56,832 bases of DNA from a virus (taxonomy: Duplodnaviria; Caudoviricetes): the IMG/VR virus record IMGVR_UViG_3300020152_000004, positions 1 to 56,832 of that record; one strand, written 5' to 3'. Numbering within the stretch: position 1 is the first letter of the stretch; each line of letters begins with the position of its first letter. The notes under the pieces were generated by a model. The model was not told where the DNA came from, made no database searches, and worked only from the letters and a program-made list of their open reading frames with translations. A program made the translations under genes and the position numbers. Shown in pieces: positions 18,765 through 28,893 of the stretch.

Positions 18765-19152
18765 GTTAGCCCCCACACTCGCGGGCGAGACCTTCTCCGA
18801 GGAACTCGCAACAGAGCTCCGCTTCCTCCGCTGGGGCCTCAAGCAGCCCGGCCTGCCGCGCCAGGTGCGCATGGCGATGGAGCTGCGTGCGCAGTCCGTG
18901 GAACGCCGCGAGGCGACGATCCCGTGCGCGCATCCGACGGACAGCCTCCGGTTCGACGGAATGTGGCCGCTCGAGATGTTCAATCCGCCGCGCGCGGCGG
19001 TCACGTGCACAGCCTGCGGCAACTCCCTGACGGTATCGCTCCGCATTGACGTCGCGGAGCAACTGATCGCGCAGGTCGCAGCTGCGGAACTCGGTGGTGG
19101 TGCGCGTGAGGTGACCATGCCGGGAACGATAGAGGCCGACCATGGGCGGTGA
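18757..19152 (+). CDS. Hypothetical protein with Zn-ribbon (CAH...CTAC)
   Basis: Overlaps the cro stop; CxxC motif. Confidence 0.55.
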   Translation: MPELAPTLAGETFSEELATELRFLRWGLKQPGLPRQVRMAMELRAQSVERREATIPCAHPTDSLRFDGMWPLEMFNPPRAAVTCTACGNSLTVSLRIDVAEQLIAQVAAAELGGGAREVTMPGTIEADHGR

Positions 19153-19648
19153 GAAGCAATTCGGACACGCCGCGTTGCAGGCCAGGTTGGACAGCCTGCG
19201 GATCGAAGATGCGCTGCTTCTCACAGACATCACCGATGGCAGGGAAGGCGCCGACTTCGAAATCACCGGCTTCATGCACCGGTCCGCGCTCGCCCGCATG
19301 CGAAACGGTTGCTCTTCGAACCTGATCCTGCGCGGCGACGTTCTCATCCTCTCGCTGTATGCGGCGGGTGTCCCGCGCGCCAAGGCCGAGCGCGTCATTG
19401 CGCACTGGACTTCGGTGATGACCGAGGTCTACGCGGACGACCTCCCGACGTTTCCGGAAGCGGTTGTTGCCGAGCAGGCATCGGACTGCGATGAGGATTG
19501 GGCCGGCGTCCAGGCACTGCTCGACCGCGAGAAGCATTCGGATATATGGATCGCTGAACTCGAGCGCTACATCGGGCACGCGAACACGCTGCTGACGGTC
19601 CTGCGCCGGGACAAGACCGAACGCCGGCAGATCGCGAGGGCCGCGTGA
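19142..19648 (+). CDS. Hypothetical regulatory protein (CII-like position)
   Basis: 168 aa, overlap-coupled within the early operon. Confidence 0.55.
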   Translation: MGGEKQFGHAALQARLDSLRIEDALLLTDITDGREGADFEITGFMHRSALARMRNGCSSNLILRGDVLILSLYAAGVPRAKAERVIAHWTSVMTEVYADDLPTFPEAVVAEQASDCDEDWAGVQALLDREKHSDIWIAELERYIGHANTLLTVLRRDKTERRQIARAA

Positions 19649-19887
19649 ATCGCGCTCTCTGGATCTGTGCCGGCGTCGGGATCGGCATCATCGCGATCGT
19701 GGCGGTCGCGCTCCCGCAGGTACAGCCGCATGACGACGAAGCATGCGCTGAGTACGGAGATATCGCTCGGTACCATCTGCCGCAGTTCACACGCGATCTG
19801 CGACGTGTCGAGGCCGGGCTGAAGGACATAGAGCGGAGGATCCTGGTCGATCGTGCCGCACGGGCACGCAGAACGGCCACGACGTGA
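19645..19887 (+). CDS. Small membrane-anchored hypothetical protein
   Basis: N-terminal TM, GTGA overlap. Confidence 0.5.
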   Translation: MNRALWICAGVGIGIIAIVAVALPQVQPHDDEACAEYGDIARYHLPQFTRDLRRVEAGLKDIERRILVDRAARARRTATT

Positions 19888-19897
19888 TATCGAGACC

Positions 19898-19970
19898 TGC
19901 GGGGAGCTGAACTGGTGGACAGCTGAGGCCCATACCCTCGGTACGGTGGGTTCGATTCCCACCCCCGCTA
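19898..19970 (+). tRNA. Atypical tRNA with CAT anticodon (fMet-like); possibly a pseudo-tRNA
   Basis: TGCGGGG/CCCCGCT acceptor with 1:72 mismatch; D arm GCTG/CAGC; anticodon arm TGAGG-CCCATAC-CCTCG; T arm GTGGG-TTCGATT-CCCAC; no encoded CCA. Confidence 0.7.
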
Positions 19971-20071
19971 TACAAAGCAGAACCGCCAGACCAGTGACAC
20001 CCGGGAAGGCAGACACTGAGCTGGCGGCGGGTCCGGACGAGCCGGACAACACTTGAACGATAGAGGACCTC

Positions 20072-20227
20072 ATGTCTCTGGTCAATCTGTTTCGTCGAAA
20101 GAGGAAGCCGCGCTGGTCATTCCTCGCAGGCCGCCTCCGCAAGGGTGAACCCGCAAAGGTCATTCGTTTTCCCATAGAGCGGCGGCTGTACAGCACGCGG
20201 CGCTCGATGCAGAACGGCGCTGCGTAA
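20072..20227 (+). CDS. Small basic hypothetical protein (51 aa)
   Basis: AGAGGA RBS, ATG 20072, stop abuts the next ATG. Confidence 0.5.
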   Translation: MSLVNLFRRKRKPRWSFLAGRLRKGEPAKVIRFPIERRLYSTRRSMQNGAA

Positions 20228-20419
20228 ATGGCGGATGTCGCGTCGACCGCTGCTGACCTCTGCCCGAACTGCAAAGGGGAGGGGACCGTCACGCGCCAGG
20301 TGTCCGTCGATGACGGATACCATGAGGACTATCGGAACGAATTGATTCCGACGGTTGCGATGGACGTCGAGGTCCGCTGTGGCGAGTGCGGCGGCGAAGG
20401 CGTCCTGTCCGATGAGTAA
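20228..20419 (+). CDS. Small DnaJ-type Zn-finger protein
   Basis: CPNCKGEG and CGECGGEG (CxxCxGxG twice). Confidence 0.65.
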   Translation: MADVASTAADLCPNCKGEGTVTRQVSVDDGYHEDYRNELIPTVAMDVEVRCGECGGEGVLSDE

Positions 20420-20690
20420 GAGAAGCAATCGGGAACTCGAGCTGATGGTTCATCTGACCCTCGCGGTCCTGGTACAGGAAGCAACGGACCCGGCCGCGAT
20501 CGCAATGCGGATGCGGATCCGGTCGGAGGAGCTCGCTGCGCGGGCAGACACCGCTGAGGACGCTGCGCTGTACCGGCGCGTTGCGGACGAGCTGACAGAC
20601 ATGCTGATCGAACACACTGAAATCAAGCGCGAGGTATACGCGATCTTCGCGAGCCCGCGCATTCTGAAAGAAGGAGCAATCCATGGGTAA
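20412..20690 (+). CDS. Hypothetical protein
   Basis: Overlap-coupled on both sides. Confidence 0.55.
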   Translation: MSKRSNRELELMVHLTLAVLVQEATDPAAIAMRMRIRSEELAARADTAEDAALYRRVADELTDMLIEHTEIKREVYAIFASPRILKEGAIHG

Positions 20691-22002
20691 CGAGACGGGA
20701 ACCGGCGTCGCCATGCTGGAGCGACGCGGCGCAGAGCTCGATTCGGCGGATCAGGCCAAGATCGAACAGTTCAAGCGCGCAGGGTACCTCGCGATCGCCG
20801 AGAAGAAGACCCTCGCCGAGATGGACGCGATGATCATGGGCTGCGAGTGGGGCAATATTCGCGGCGCCAACATGTCGCCCGCCACCCGGGCGGCCGTGTC
20901 GAAGTACTGCGTCATGGTCCGGGCAAACCCCATCACGGACGTCGACATCCTCGGCGGCAAGCCGTATCTGAACGCGAACTATTACCACAATCGCGTCAGT
21001 GGCGACGTCCACTTCATCGATGACGAGATCATCAACCTCGACCTGAAGCGCGCGCAGCTGCTGCGCGCACAGGCCAAGGCGGCGCTGCAGGAGGCGAAGG
21101 ACCTGGGACTGCCGGAGCCGACTGCTGAGGTGCAGGAGATCCTCAAGGTGGCTCGCCAGATCGAAGCGGCGCGCGCGGAGTGGGGCGTGCCCGACAACGC
21201 GCTTGCGGCATACGAGGTCCGCATCCGCCGCTACATCCCGAACGCGCCGCTCGATGACCTGAAGAACGGCCGCGTGCAGAACCCGGAGCAGTACATCCGG
21301 GTCGTGCGCGAGGCGAACTGGGTCACGTCGGGGCGCAATGATCCTGTCGGCAAGGCGGAGCCGGAAAAGACCGCTCGTTCGCGCGCGTATCGTCGCTGCG
21401 GCAAGTCGGCATTCCCGACCTGGTACGACAACTTCGAGGAAGCGATCGAGCAGGCCGGCCGTGCAATCGAGGCGGAGTGGCACATGCTGGAGGAAGACCA
21501 GGCCGAGCGCAGGCAGATCAGCGCGGGCGGAAACGCGGTGGCCACCGGCAACGGCGAACCGACCGCGGCCGTAGCTGGCCGCCCCCGTCCGCTCCCGGTG
21601 CAGGACCTCGACCGCGGGGATACGAATGCGACGCGGCCCGCCGATCCGGCGGAAGATGATGACTCGCAGCAGGCGGGCACCGAGCTGCTGTCAGAGGCCG
21701 ATCGCGACAGGTTGCGGAAGGGCTTTATGGGCACGCTGCGCGCGGCGGGCATTACGCAGGATGACCGCAAGGCCTGGCAGGCGGAACACGGACTCCCCGA
21801 ATCCACGTCGAAGTGGACGCGCGAGGACTTCGAGCGCGCGCGGAAGATCCTCGAGGCCCCGACACGCGAAGCGATTATGCGGTACGTCGGTGACGCCGGC
21901 TGCGAGACAATCGCAGAGTACTGCCAGATGAACGAGCTGGGCGGCGAGCCGGCTACGTTGTCGGGTCTCATTGCCCTCCTGAAGCACATCCAGGAGAGCT
22001 GA
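20683..22002 (+). CDS. RecT/Redbeta-like single-strand annealing protein
   Basis: YC...ANP...GGKPY N-terminal motif and PEKTARSRAYRRCGKSAFP; strong RBS; next to SbcCD-like genes. Confidence 0.6.
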   Translation: MGNETGTGVAMLERRGAELDSADQAKIEQFKRAGYLAIAEKKTLAEMDAMIMGCEWGNIRGANMSPATRAAVSKYCVMVRANPITDVDILGGKPYLNANYYHNRVSGDVHFIDDEIINLDLKRAQLLRAQAKAALQEAKDLGLPEPTAEVQEILKVARQIEAARAEWGVPDNALAAYEVRIRRYIPNAPLDDLKNGRVQNPEQYIRVVREANWVTSGRNDPVGKAEPEKTARSRAYRRCGKSAFPTWYDNFEEAIEQAGRAIEAEWHMLEEDQAERRQISAGGNAVATGNGEPTAAVAGRPRPLPVQDLDRGDTNATRPADPAEDDDSQQAGTELLSEADRDRLRKGFMGTLRAAGITQDDRKAWQAEHGLPESTSKWTREDFERARKILEAPTREAIMRYVGDAGCETIAEYCQMNELGGEPATLSGLIALLKHIQES

Positions 22003-23142
22003 GTGAGGGGCGCCGCAGTAGCCGACCTGCACCTGGGGTTCTCTGCCTTCCCGACGTTGCGGGGGGGCAGGAACGCCCGGGAGCAGGACGTGGAGATCGC
22101 GTGGGATCGCGCGGTCGACACGATCATCACGGCACAGCCCGATCTCGTCACCGTCGCCGGTGACTGCCTCCATCACGCGCGCGTGTCCGACTACGCGAAG
22201 CGCGCGCTGCAGCTCGGCCTCCGCCGCATTGCGGAGAACACCGCGGCGCGCGTGATCGTCATTCCGGGGAACCACGACGGGAGCAAGACCGTCCAAGTCC
22301 TATCGCCGGTGGTGCTCGCGGACGGCCACCAGCGCATCCACATCGTGACGGACACTCAGCGGGTCGTTTTCACGACGCGCGCGGGCGAGCGGGTGAACGT
22401 CGCCTGCTACCCGTTCGTCGCGCTGGCCGAGTCAGGCTTGGACTCGATCGATCCGGACCCGGACTGCGACGTGAACGTGATGCTGATCCACGCGGCTGTC
22501 CGAACGTCCGAAGCGGACGGCGCGCTGCCTCGCTTCTACGCGGGTGACGTGTCGATCGACGTGGGCCGTCACGCAGAAGCCTGGGACGTCATAGCAGCAG
22601 GGGATTACCACGAGTTCACGCGGCTTCATCCGACGCGGCTGGCGTTCTACTCCGGGTCGATCGAGCGGACCAGCTCGAACATGTGGCCCGAGACCGCACC
22701 GAAGGGCGTCGTGGTTTACGACACCGAAACCAACGAGCTCGAGTTCCGCGACATCCCGACGCGTCCCGTATTTGATGTCGCCGCCCCCCATTGGCCGCTG
22801 ATGGACAAGGCAGTAAACGCCGCAGAGTTGAACATCATGCTGAGCGATCTCGCGACGAAGCCCGAATACCGAGATGCCATCGTTCGCCTGAAGGTCGACG
22901 GCTTTCCGCGAGAGGAGCGGATGCAGATCGATGCCAAGCTGGTCCGCGCGCTCAAGGCGCTGACGTTCCACTTCCAGCTGGACATCTCATTCGCCGCGCG
23001 AGAGCGGGTAGCGGCCGGCGACCGCCGGGAGCGCGCTTCGCAACCGATTGGTGTGTCGGCCGAGCAGTTCTTCGCGGAGGATCCGGAGCCGGTGCGGGAA
23101 TGCGCACTCGAGTACCTGGCCGCGGCTGGAGGTGTCGCATGA
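22003..23142 (+). CDS. sbcD: SbcD/Mre11-like DNA repair exonuclease
   Basis: ADLHLG, AGDCLH, PGNHD, GDYH, YSGSIE metallophosphoesterase motifs. Confidence 0.9.
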   Translation: MRGAAVADLHLGFSAFPTLRGGRNAREQDVEIAWDRAVDTIITAQPDLVTVAGDCLHHARVSDYAKRALQLGLRRIAENTAARVIVIPGNHDGSKTVQVLSPVVLADGHQRIHIVTDTQRVVFTTRAGERVNVACYPFVALAESGLDSIDPDPDCDVNVMLIHAAVRTSEADGALPRFYAGDVSIDVGRHAEAWDVIAAGDYHEFTRLHPTRLAFYSGSIERTSSNMWPETAPKGVVVYDTETNELEFRDIPTRPVFDVAAPHWPLMDKAVNAAELNIMLSDLATKPEYRDAIVRLKVDGFPREERMQIDAKLVRALKALTFHFQLDISFAARERVAAGDRRERASQPIGVSAEQFFAEDPEPVRECALEYLAAAGGVA

Positions 23143-25595
23143 GGCTCGTTTCTCTGCGCCTGCAGAACTGCCGGCAACATGCCGACACGACCATCGTGTT
23201 TCCGGGCACGGGCATCACCGGCATCCTCGGCGCGAACGAGGCGGGGAAGTCCACAGTCCTCGAATGCGTGCTCTGGGCATTATTCGGCGCGAAGGACGCG
23301 CTCCGGTCCAGCGCCGAGGATTTCCGCTGGAAGCGCTCACCCGCCAAGCGGAAGGCAGTAGCCGAGCTGACGTTCGAAATCGGCGGATCCACGTACATCG
23401 TGAACCGCACCGAGGACACCGCGCATCTCTATCTCTCGACGGGCGGTGCACCGATCGCGGCCGGCACGACGCCGGTGAATGACTACCTCCGCACGCAGGT
23501 CCTGCGGATGTCCTTCGACGAGTTCACGCGCAGCCATGTCTGCCTCCAGAAGGAGCTGACTGCGCTGGCGACGTTGAAGCCGGCGCCGCGGCAGGAGTTC
23601 GTGCGCGAAGTACTCGGTCTCAACGTGCTCGATCGCGCGCTCGAGGGGTGCCGGAAGCGCATGAACGAGATGAAGCGCGAGCGCGACGGACAGCGGGTTG
23701 GCCTCGGTGAACGTGAGCCGCTCGAGACGGAACTGGAGTCCGCTCGCCAAGCGCATTCAGCTGCGGCGGATCAGGTCGCGGGGCTCGTGACTGACCGCAG
23801 CTTGGCCAGCGCCGCTGCAGACTCAGCCCGCGCTGCCGCGGGTGCGTTCGCTGCAGACGCGGAGCGGTACGCTGAGCTGCAGGCGGATGTGCGGGATGCG
23901 ACGCGCCGCGAGGCCGAGGCCCAGGAGAAGCTCACCACGCTGATGACGCAGCTCGAGGACGCGGACGAGGCGCATGCGGAGCTGATGCTGGCGGAGCGGG
24001 ATCTCGCGAGCCTGACATCCCGGCGGGATGAGATCCAGCGCGTGAAGGACCGGGCCTCCGAGCGAGCGGGCGTTGTTTCGTCGATCGCGAGCGCCGAGAT
24101 GGACCTGAATACCGCCAAGGCGACACTCGCACAACTGGATGCGACGATCGCCGCTTTCGACCCCGAGGCGTTGAAGAATGCACGGGCGTTGCACGACGCG
24201 CATACGAAGGCGCTCACAGCGGTCCGCGCGCGGATCGCCTCCGAACGGGGCCAAGCGGTCGCTCTTGCGCGCAGCACGGAACAGGACATCAACAAGGCCG
24301 CGCGCAAGATTGCGGCAATTAAGGACGCCGGCGCAGAAGGCGTCTGCCCGACCTGCCTGCGTACGCTGAGCGACACGCTCGGGCTCGTGCTCGATCGGCT
24401 GGAGGCGGAGCTGGCGGACGCGAATCGGCGGCACATCGAGGCCGTGAAGGTCGCGGACACCTACTGCGGGGACGAAAAGTCGGACGACGAACTGCTCGCT
24501 GAGGAGGATGTCAGTGCGGCGGAGGATACGGTCCGGGCGCTTCGCGTGCAGCAGACGAAGGCCGAGACCGCCGCGGCCGACCGTCCGCGGATTGCAGCGC
24601 AGATCGAACGCATCAGCACGCAGCTCGGTGAGTACCGGGAGCGGCTCGACAAGCTGCCGTCCGCCGGCACCGTCGACGAGCTGGAGCTCAAGTCGATCGT
24701 CGCGGACATCGAACGGGTCGCCGGTATCCCGAACAACCCGCGTGTACCTGGGCGGATCGCGGGGCTGCGGAATAAGGCCGGCGGACGAGACACGCTCCGC
24801 CGGCAGATCGAGGAATGGGAAAAGGCGTCACTCGGGGCCGTCGACAAGCTGCATCAGGCGAATAACGCAATCGTCGCCCTCGCCTTCGATTCGATCGCGC
24901 ACGAACAGGCAGTGCGGGCTGCGGACGTGGCCGCGAAAGAGCTGAGCACGCTGACGACGCGGTTGGCGACGGCAGAGGCGGAACTGAAGGCTGCGGTCGA
25001 CTGGCAGGGCCGGGCGTCGAAGGCGCTCGCGACGCACGACACGCGCGCGGCAGGGCTCAAGGACCTGGAGCAGCAGATCCAGACGCACGAGCGCGCGGCG
25101 ACGCGCCTGGACGACTTCCGGGCGGCGCAGGCGGCAGCGGTTCGGCCGGAGATGGAGGAGCTGATCTCTGGGCTGATCAATGTCCTCACCGATGGCCGGC
25201 ACCCGACGGTGACCGTCAACGAGGACTTCTCGCTTACGCTGCAGAAGGACGGCGTCGACGAAGCGGTGGTGTCCGGCGGGACGGAAGATCTGGCGGCGCT
25301 GGCGCAGCGCATCGCAATCAGCGTGATGAGCGAGCAGCGCGCCGGGCATCCGGTATCGCTCCTCTGGCTGGACGAACCCTTTCTGTCCAGCGACGAGACC
25401 CGCCGCGGGAACGTGCTGAATCTGATCCGGGAGCTGGGCGACCGGTTCAGCCAGGTGATCCTGATCAGCCACGTCGAGGAGACCCGCACGTGCGCGGATC
25501 ACATCATCGAGCTCGCGTACGATGAGGACGCCGGCTGCACGCGCGTCGCGGCGAACATGCCGAAGGCCGATGAGGCCGAGCTGGTGGCAGCATGA
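23139..25595 (+). CDS. sbcC: SbcC/Rad50-like SMC ATPase
   Basis: Walker A GANEAGKS, coiled coils, CPTC zinc hook, SGG signature, LDEP Walker B, ISH switch. Confidence 0.92.
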   Translation: MRLVSLRLQNCRQHADTTIVFPGTGITGILGANEAGKSTVLECVLWALFGAKDALRSSAEDFRWKRSPAKRKAVAELTFEIGGSTYIVNRTEDTAHLYLSTGGAPIAAGTTPVNDYLRTQVLRMSFDEFTRSHVCLQKELTALATLKPAPRQEFVREVLGLNVLDRALEGCRKRMNEMKRERDGQRVGLGEREPLETELESARQAHSAAADQVAGLVTDRSLASAAADSARAAAGAFAADAERYAELQADVRDATRREAEAQEKLTTLMTQLEDADEAHAELMLAERDLASLTSRRDEIQRVKDRASERAGVVSSIASAEMDLNTAKATLAQLDATIAAFDPEALKNARALHDAHTKALTAVRARIASERGQAVALARSTEQDINKAARKIAAIKDAGAEGVCPTCLRTLSDTLGLVLDRLEAELADANRRHIEAVKVADTYCGDEKSDDELLAEEDVSAAEDTVRALRVQQTKAETAAADRPRIAAQIERISTQLGEYRERLDKLPSAGTVDELELKSIVADIERVAGIPNNPRVPGRIAGLRNKAGGRDTLRRQIEEWEKASLGAVDKLHQANNAIVALAFDSIAHEQAVRAADVAAKELSTLTTRLATAEAELKAAVDWQGRASKALATHDTRAAGLKDLEQQIQTHERAATRLDDFRAAQAAAVRPEMEELISGLINVLTDGRHPTVTVNEDFSLTLQKDGVDEAVVSGGTEDLAALAQRIAISVMSEQRAGHPVSLLWLDEPFLSSDETRRGNVLNLIRELGDRFSQVILISHVEETRTCADHIIELAYDEDAGCTRVAANMPKADEAELVAA

Positions 25596-25873
25596 CAGAC
25601 CTCCTCGGGCTCATGACGAACGAATACGCGCTCCGGTCCAAGTCCGGCCATCGCATCAGCCGCGGCCGCATCCTAGAGCGGTTCCGGCTGGCCATGATGA
25701 GCGTGCAGGATCGACGTCGACGGGGTCAGATCACGGAGGCGAAGCGGCTCGCCGCCGATGCCCGGAACGAGGCGTTCAAGCTGCTGGGCGTGTCCTGGCG
25801 GTGGTCGGCCATCATGAAGCACGCGACGGCGATCAACCGGATCCTCGATCGGGAGGAGGCGCGTCATGGCTGA
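25592..25873 (+). CDS. Hypothetical protein
   Basis: 93 aa, ATGA-coupled. Confidence 0.55.
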   Translation: MTDLLGLMTNEYALRSKSGHRISRGRILERFRLAMMSVQDRRRRGQITEAKRLAADARNEAFKLLGVSWRWSAIMKHATAINRILDREEARHG

Positions 25874-26270
25874 GTCCACGGGGAACCCGCAGGCGTTGCT
25901 TCTCGAAGCCGGAGTCCCGCTGCCGCCGCACGCCGAACACTTGGCGGGCTGTCGCTGGCCCAAGGAATGGGCCGCGCGCGTGGGAGTATCCCGGCGGACA
26001 CTGGCCCGCCACTGCCGCGAGACAGGTGTGCTGCGGCCGGGGCTCTACGTCCAGCTCGCGCAGTTGCTTCCAGCCGTCGCTGAGCTGCACAAGGGCGAGC
26101 CGCTGCATGTCGTCGCGACCCGGCACGGCTACCCCTCACCGTTCGATATGTCGAACCGGTGCGTACGCGTGCTCGGCCTCAGGCCGTCTGCGCTGCGAAC
26201 GATGGACTGGCGCGCGACGGTGCGACAGCGCTTCGCGGGTTCGACGGAAGCGATGGTGCGGCATGGGTGA
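25866..26270 (+). CDS. AraC-type HTH-only regulator
   Basis: EWAARVGVSRRTLARHC...VATRHGY.S...VLGLRPS double-HTH pattern; GGAGG RBS. Confidence 0.7.
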   Translation: MAESTGNPQALLLEAGVPLPPHAEHLAGCRWPKEWAARVGVSRRTLARHCRETGVLRPGLYVQLAQLLPAVAELHKGEPLHVVATRHGYPSPFDMSNRCVRVLGLRPSALRTMDWRATVRQRFAGSTEAMVRHG

Positions 26271-27297
26271 CAAGAGCCCGATCCAGTGGACCGAGGCGAC
26301 GTGGAATCCGCTCGCGGCATTTGACCGCGATACCGGCAAGCGTGGCTGGTTCTGCACGAAGGTGAGCGACGGTTGCACGCATTGCTATGCGGAGAAGCTG
26401 AACGTGCGACTCGGCAACGGACACCTGTACCGCGTCGGCAATCTGTCGAAGATCGAATGGCGACTCGTGAACATCGATCAGCCGATCCGGTGGAAGCGGC
26501 CGCGGATGATCTTCGTGAACAGCATGACCGACCTGTTTCATCAGGATGTACCCGACGACTACATCGCCCAGGTGTTCGCGGTCATGCAGCTCGCGTCGCA
26601 CCACACCTTCCAAGTGCTGACGAAGCGGACGCTGCGCATGCGCGACCTGCTCACCTCGGACGAGTTTGTCCGTGCGATCGACGACTACCGCGCGACCGTC
26701 CAGCCCGATTGCCGGGATTTCGTGTGGCCAATTCCGAACGTGCATATCGGCACATCCGTCGAACACCAGGTAGCAGCGGACGAGCGCGTGCCGCTCCTGC
26801 TGCAAACGCCCGCCGCGATTCGCTTCCTGTCGTGCGAGCCGCTTCTCGGAGCCGTGAACCTCACGCCGTGGATCATCTCCGGGAGCGACGAATGCCCCGA
26901 GGGCGATCCCGACTGTGAAGCTCCGGACGATGGCGAGTGGCACGACCACAGCGCGTGCGAGCCATGCGGCCTGCATTGGGTGATCGTCGGCGGGGAGAGC
27001 GGGCTCGGCGCGCGGCCGTTCAGGCTTTCGTGGGCGCGTTCCCTGATTGCGCAGTGCAAGGAGTCGGGCACCGCCGTGTTCGTGAAGCAACTCGGCGCGA
27101 ACATCCACTGCCGGAACGACAACGGATTTGACGGAGACACGCCGTCCGCATGGCCCGACGGCATCGACCCCGACCGCGTAACGGGTGACTTCTCGTATCA
27201 GGGAGGAGATGTCCGCGTCCAGGTGCGCGACACGAAGGGCGGCGACGTGCGCGAGTGGCCGGAGGATCTGCGTGTGCGGGAGATGCCGACGGTATGA
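26263..27297 (+). CDS. Phage Gp37/Gp68 (DUF5131) radical-SAM-like protein
   Basis: IQWTEATWNP, CTKVSDGCTHCYAE, FVNSMTDLFH, FQVLTKR, FLSCEPLLG, WVIVGGESG, FVKQLG. Confidence 0.92.
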   Translation: MGDKSPIQWTEATWNPLAAFDRDTGKRGWFCTKVSDGCTHCYAEKLNVRLGNGHLYRVGNLSKIEWRLVNIDQPIRWKRPRMIFVNSMTDLFHQDVPDDYIAQVFAVMQLASHHTFQVLTKRTLRMRDLLTSDEFVRAIDDYRATVQPDCRDFVWPIPNVHIGTSVEHQVAADERVPLLLQTPAAIRFLSCEPLLGAVNLTPWIISGSDECPEGDPDCEAPDDGEWHDHSACEPCGLHWVIVGGESGLGARPFRLSWARSLIAQCKESGTAVFVKQLGANIHCRNDNGFDGDTPSAWPDGIDPDRVTGDFSYQGGDVRVQVRDTKGGDVREWPEDLRVREMPTV

Positions 27298-27653
27298 CGC
27301 CTAGCGCCCGCATTCAGAAGCTACGCGCAGACGCTGACCTGCTCCGTGCATACGGGCAACGTAGCGCTGCACGCCTGCTGCTGAATGTGGCCGCGGACCT
27401 CGAGACCGACCTCGCAGAGCTGGAGTCCACACCGATTGGCCGAGCGGCGTTCGCCCAGGCGGCCGGCGTCCATCCGGACAGCGTCACGCGGGCAGTCCGC
27501 TCGGGCCGCGTAACTCTCACGGTGGGCGACGTTTCCAAGGTCCAGCCGCACCGGAAGCGCGCCGCGGCACCTTCCCAGGAGCCGGGATCACCCTCCACCT
27601 TGGACCGGTTCAGCCGAAGGGCTGTTGCCACCAGTTCGAGAGGGAGGACGTGA
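27294..27653 (+). CDS. Putative excisionase / HTH protein
   Basis: FAQAAGVHPDSVTRAVRSG HTH directly upstream of the integrase. Confidence 0.55.
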   Translation: MTPSARIQKLRADADLLRAYGQRSAARLLLNVAADLETDLAELESTPIGRAAFAQAAGVHPDSVTRAVRSGRVTLTVGDVSKVQPHRKRAAAPSQEPGSPSTLDRFSRRAVATSSRGRT

Positions 27654-28891
27654 ACATGCCGATCCGGAAAGAGGCAGGGTCACACGGTTGCAAGGTGAAG
27701 TTCGGCGAGCGCGTTGACGGCGGGCCGCTCTACCTGTTCGTGCCGCGCAAAGATGGGGGCTACGACAAGGTGAGTCTCGGCCACCGCGACTGGCAGGTCG
27801 CGGAGGCGGAAGCGCTGAAGCTCGCAGCCAGGCGGCGTGCAGCACGCGAGACCACGCGTGCCGGGAAGATGCGCATCAGCGTGCTGCTCTCGCGCTACGA
27901 GAACGAGGAGACCCCACATAAGAAGGGGCAGCAGCCCGCGGAAGATCGACGCCGTGTGGAGCTCTGGCTCGCGTTCTTCGATCGGGATCCGGAAGTCCGT
28001 CACATCACGAACAACGACATGAAGCGGTTCGTCCGCATGCGACGGCGTGGAGAGATCAAGCTCCCTGTCGTCGAGCGCGCCGATGGTCGCGGCGTGATGC
28101 GGAAGCTGTCGGAGAACCCGAAGCCTGGAACCATCGGCGCCGACATCGTGTTCCTGCAGACCGTGCTCAACTGGGCGGTCGACGGCCGCATGATCCGGAA
28201 GAACCCAATCGCGACGTTCAAGCGACCGGTGACCAGAAACCCCGCGCAGCCGGCCGCGTCGATGGAGCGGTATCTCACGATCTACCGGCACACGCCGTAC
28301 GTCGAGCCGACGGGGCTTTTCCGCGTGTTCTTCGGCCTGATCGGCCATGAGCTCGACTGGCGCGTGTCCGCGCTGTGTGCGGTGAAGGTGAGTCATGTGG
28401 ACCTGCGCGCGCGAAGGGGCGCGCCGGACGGCCGTGTGTGGAAGGCCGCAGAGAAGCATGACGAGGAGGGGCACTGGGTTCCGCTCTCGCCGCGCGGGCG
28501 GAAGCTGTTCCAGCGCGCGCTCCGGATCCGCGGTGCCATCGGTGACGTTTACCTGTTCGAGGCGCCGAAGCGTCGCGGCCAGCCGTGGCGCCGGCAGTAT
28601 GCGACGTCACTGCTCGAGCGCGCGGAGGCGCGTGCAGGGCTCGAGCCGATCGAGGGCGGCGACTTCCATCCGTACCGCCGGAAGTGGTCGACGGAGCGGA
28701 AGGACGAGCCCTGGGCAGACGTTGCTGCGGTGAGCGGACGTAAGGACCGGAAGACGTTCGAGAAGTCGTACGCAAAGGCAGACGAGGACACGTCGCTGCG
28801 GGTCGCGCGCGGAAAGCGGTATGCGCGGAAGGCAGCAGCGGCGGCGCGTAACATTGGACCACAAACTGAACCACGTAAGGTAGGAAGCTAG
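27650..28891 (+). CDS. int: Tyrosine recombinase (integrase)
   Basis: WRVSAL (R), FHPYRR (HxxR), KSYA (Y); attP immediately downstream. Confidence 0.88.
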   Translation: MNMPIRKEAGSHGCKVKFGERVDGGPLYLFVPRKDGGYDKVSLGHRDWQVAEAEALKLAARRRAARETTRAGKMRISVLLSRYENEETPHKKGQQPAEDRRRVELWLAFFDRDPEVRHITNNDMKRFVRMRRRGEIKLPVVERADGRGVMRKLSENPKPGTIGADIVFLQTVLNWAVDGRMIRKNPIATFKRPVTRNPAQPAASMERYLTIYRHTPYVEPTGLFRVFFGLIGHELDWRVSALCAVKVSHVDLRARRGAPDGRVWKAAEKHDEEGHWVPLSPRGRKLFQRALRIRGAIGDVYLFEAPKRRGQPWRRQYATSLLERAEARAGLEPIEGGDFHPYRRKWSTERKDEPWADVAAVSGRKDRKTFEKSYAKADEDTSLRVARGKRYARKAAAAARNIGPQTEPRKVGS

Positions 28892-28893
28892 AA

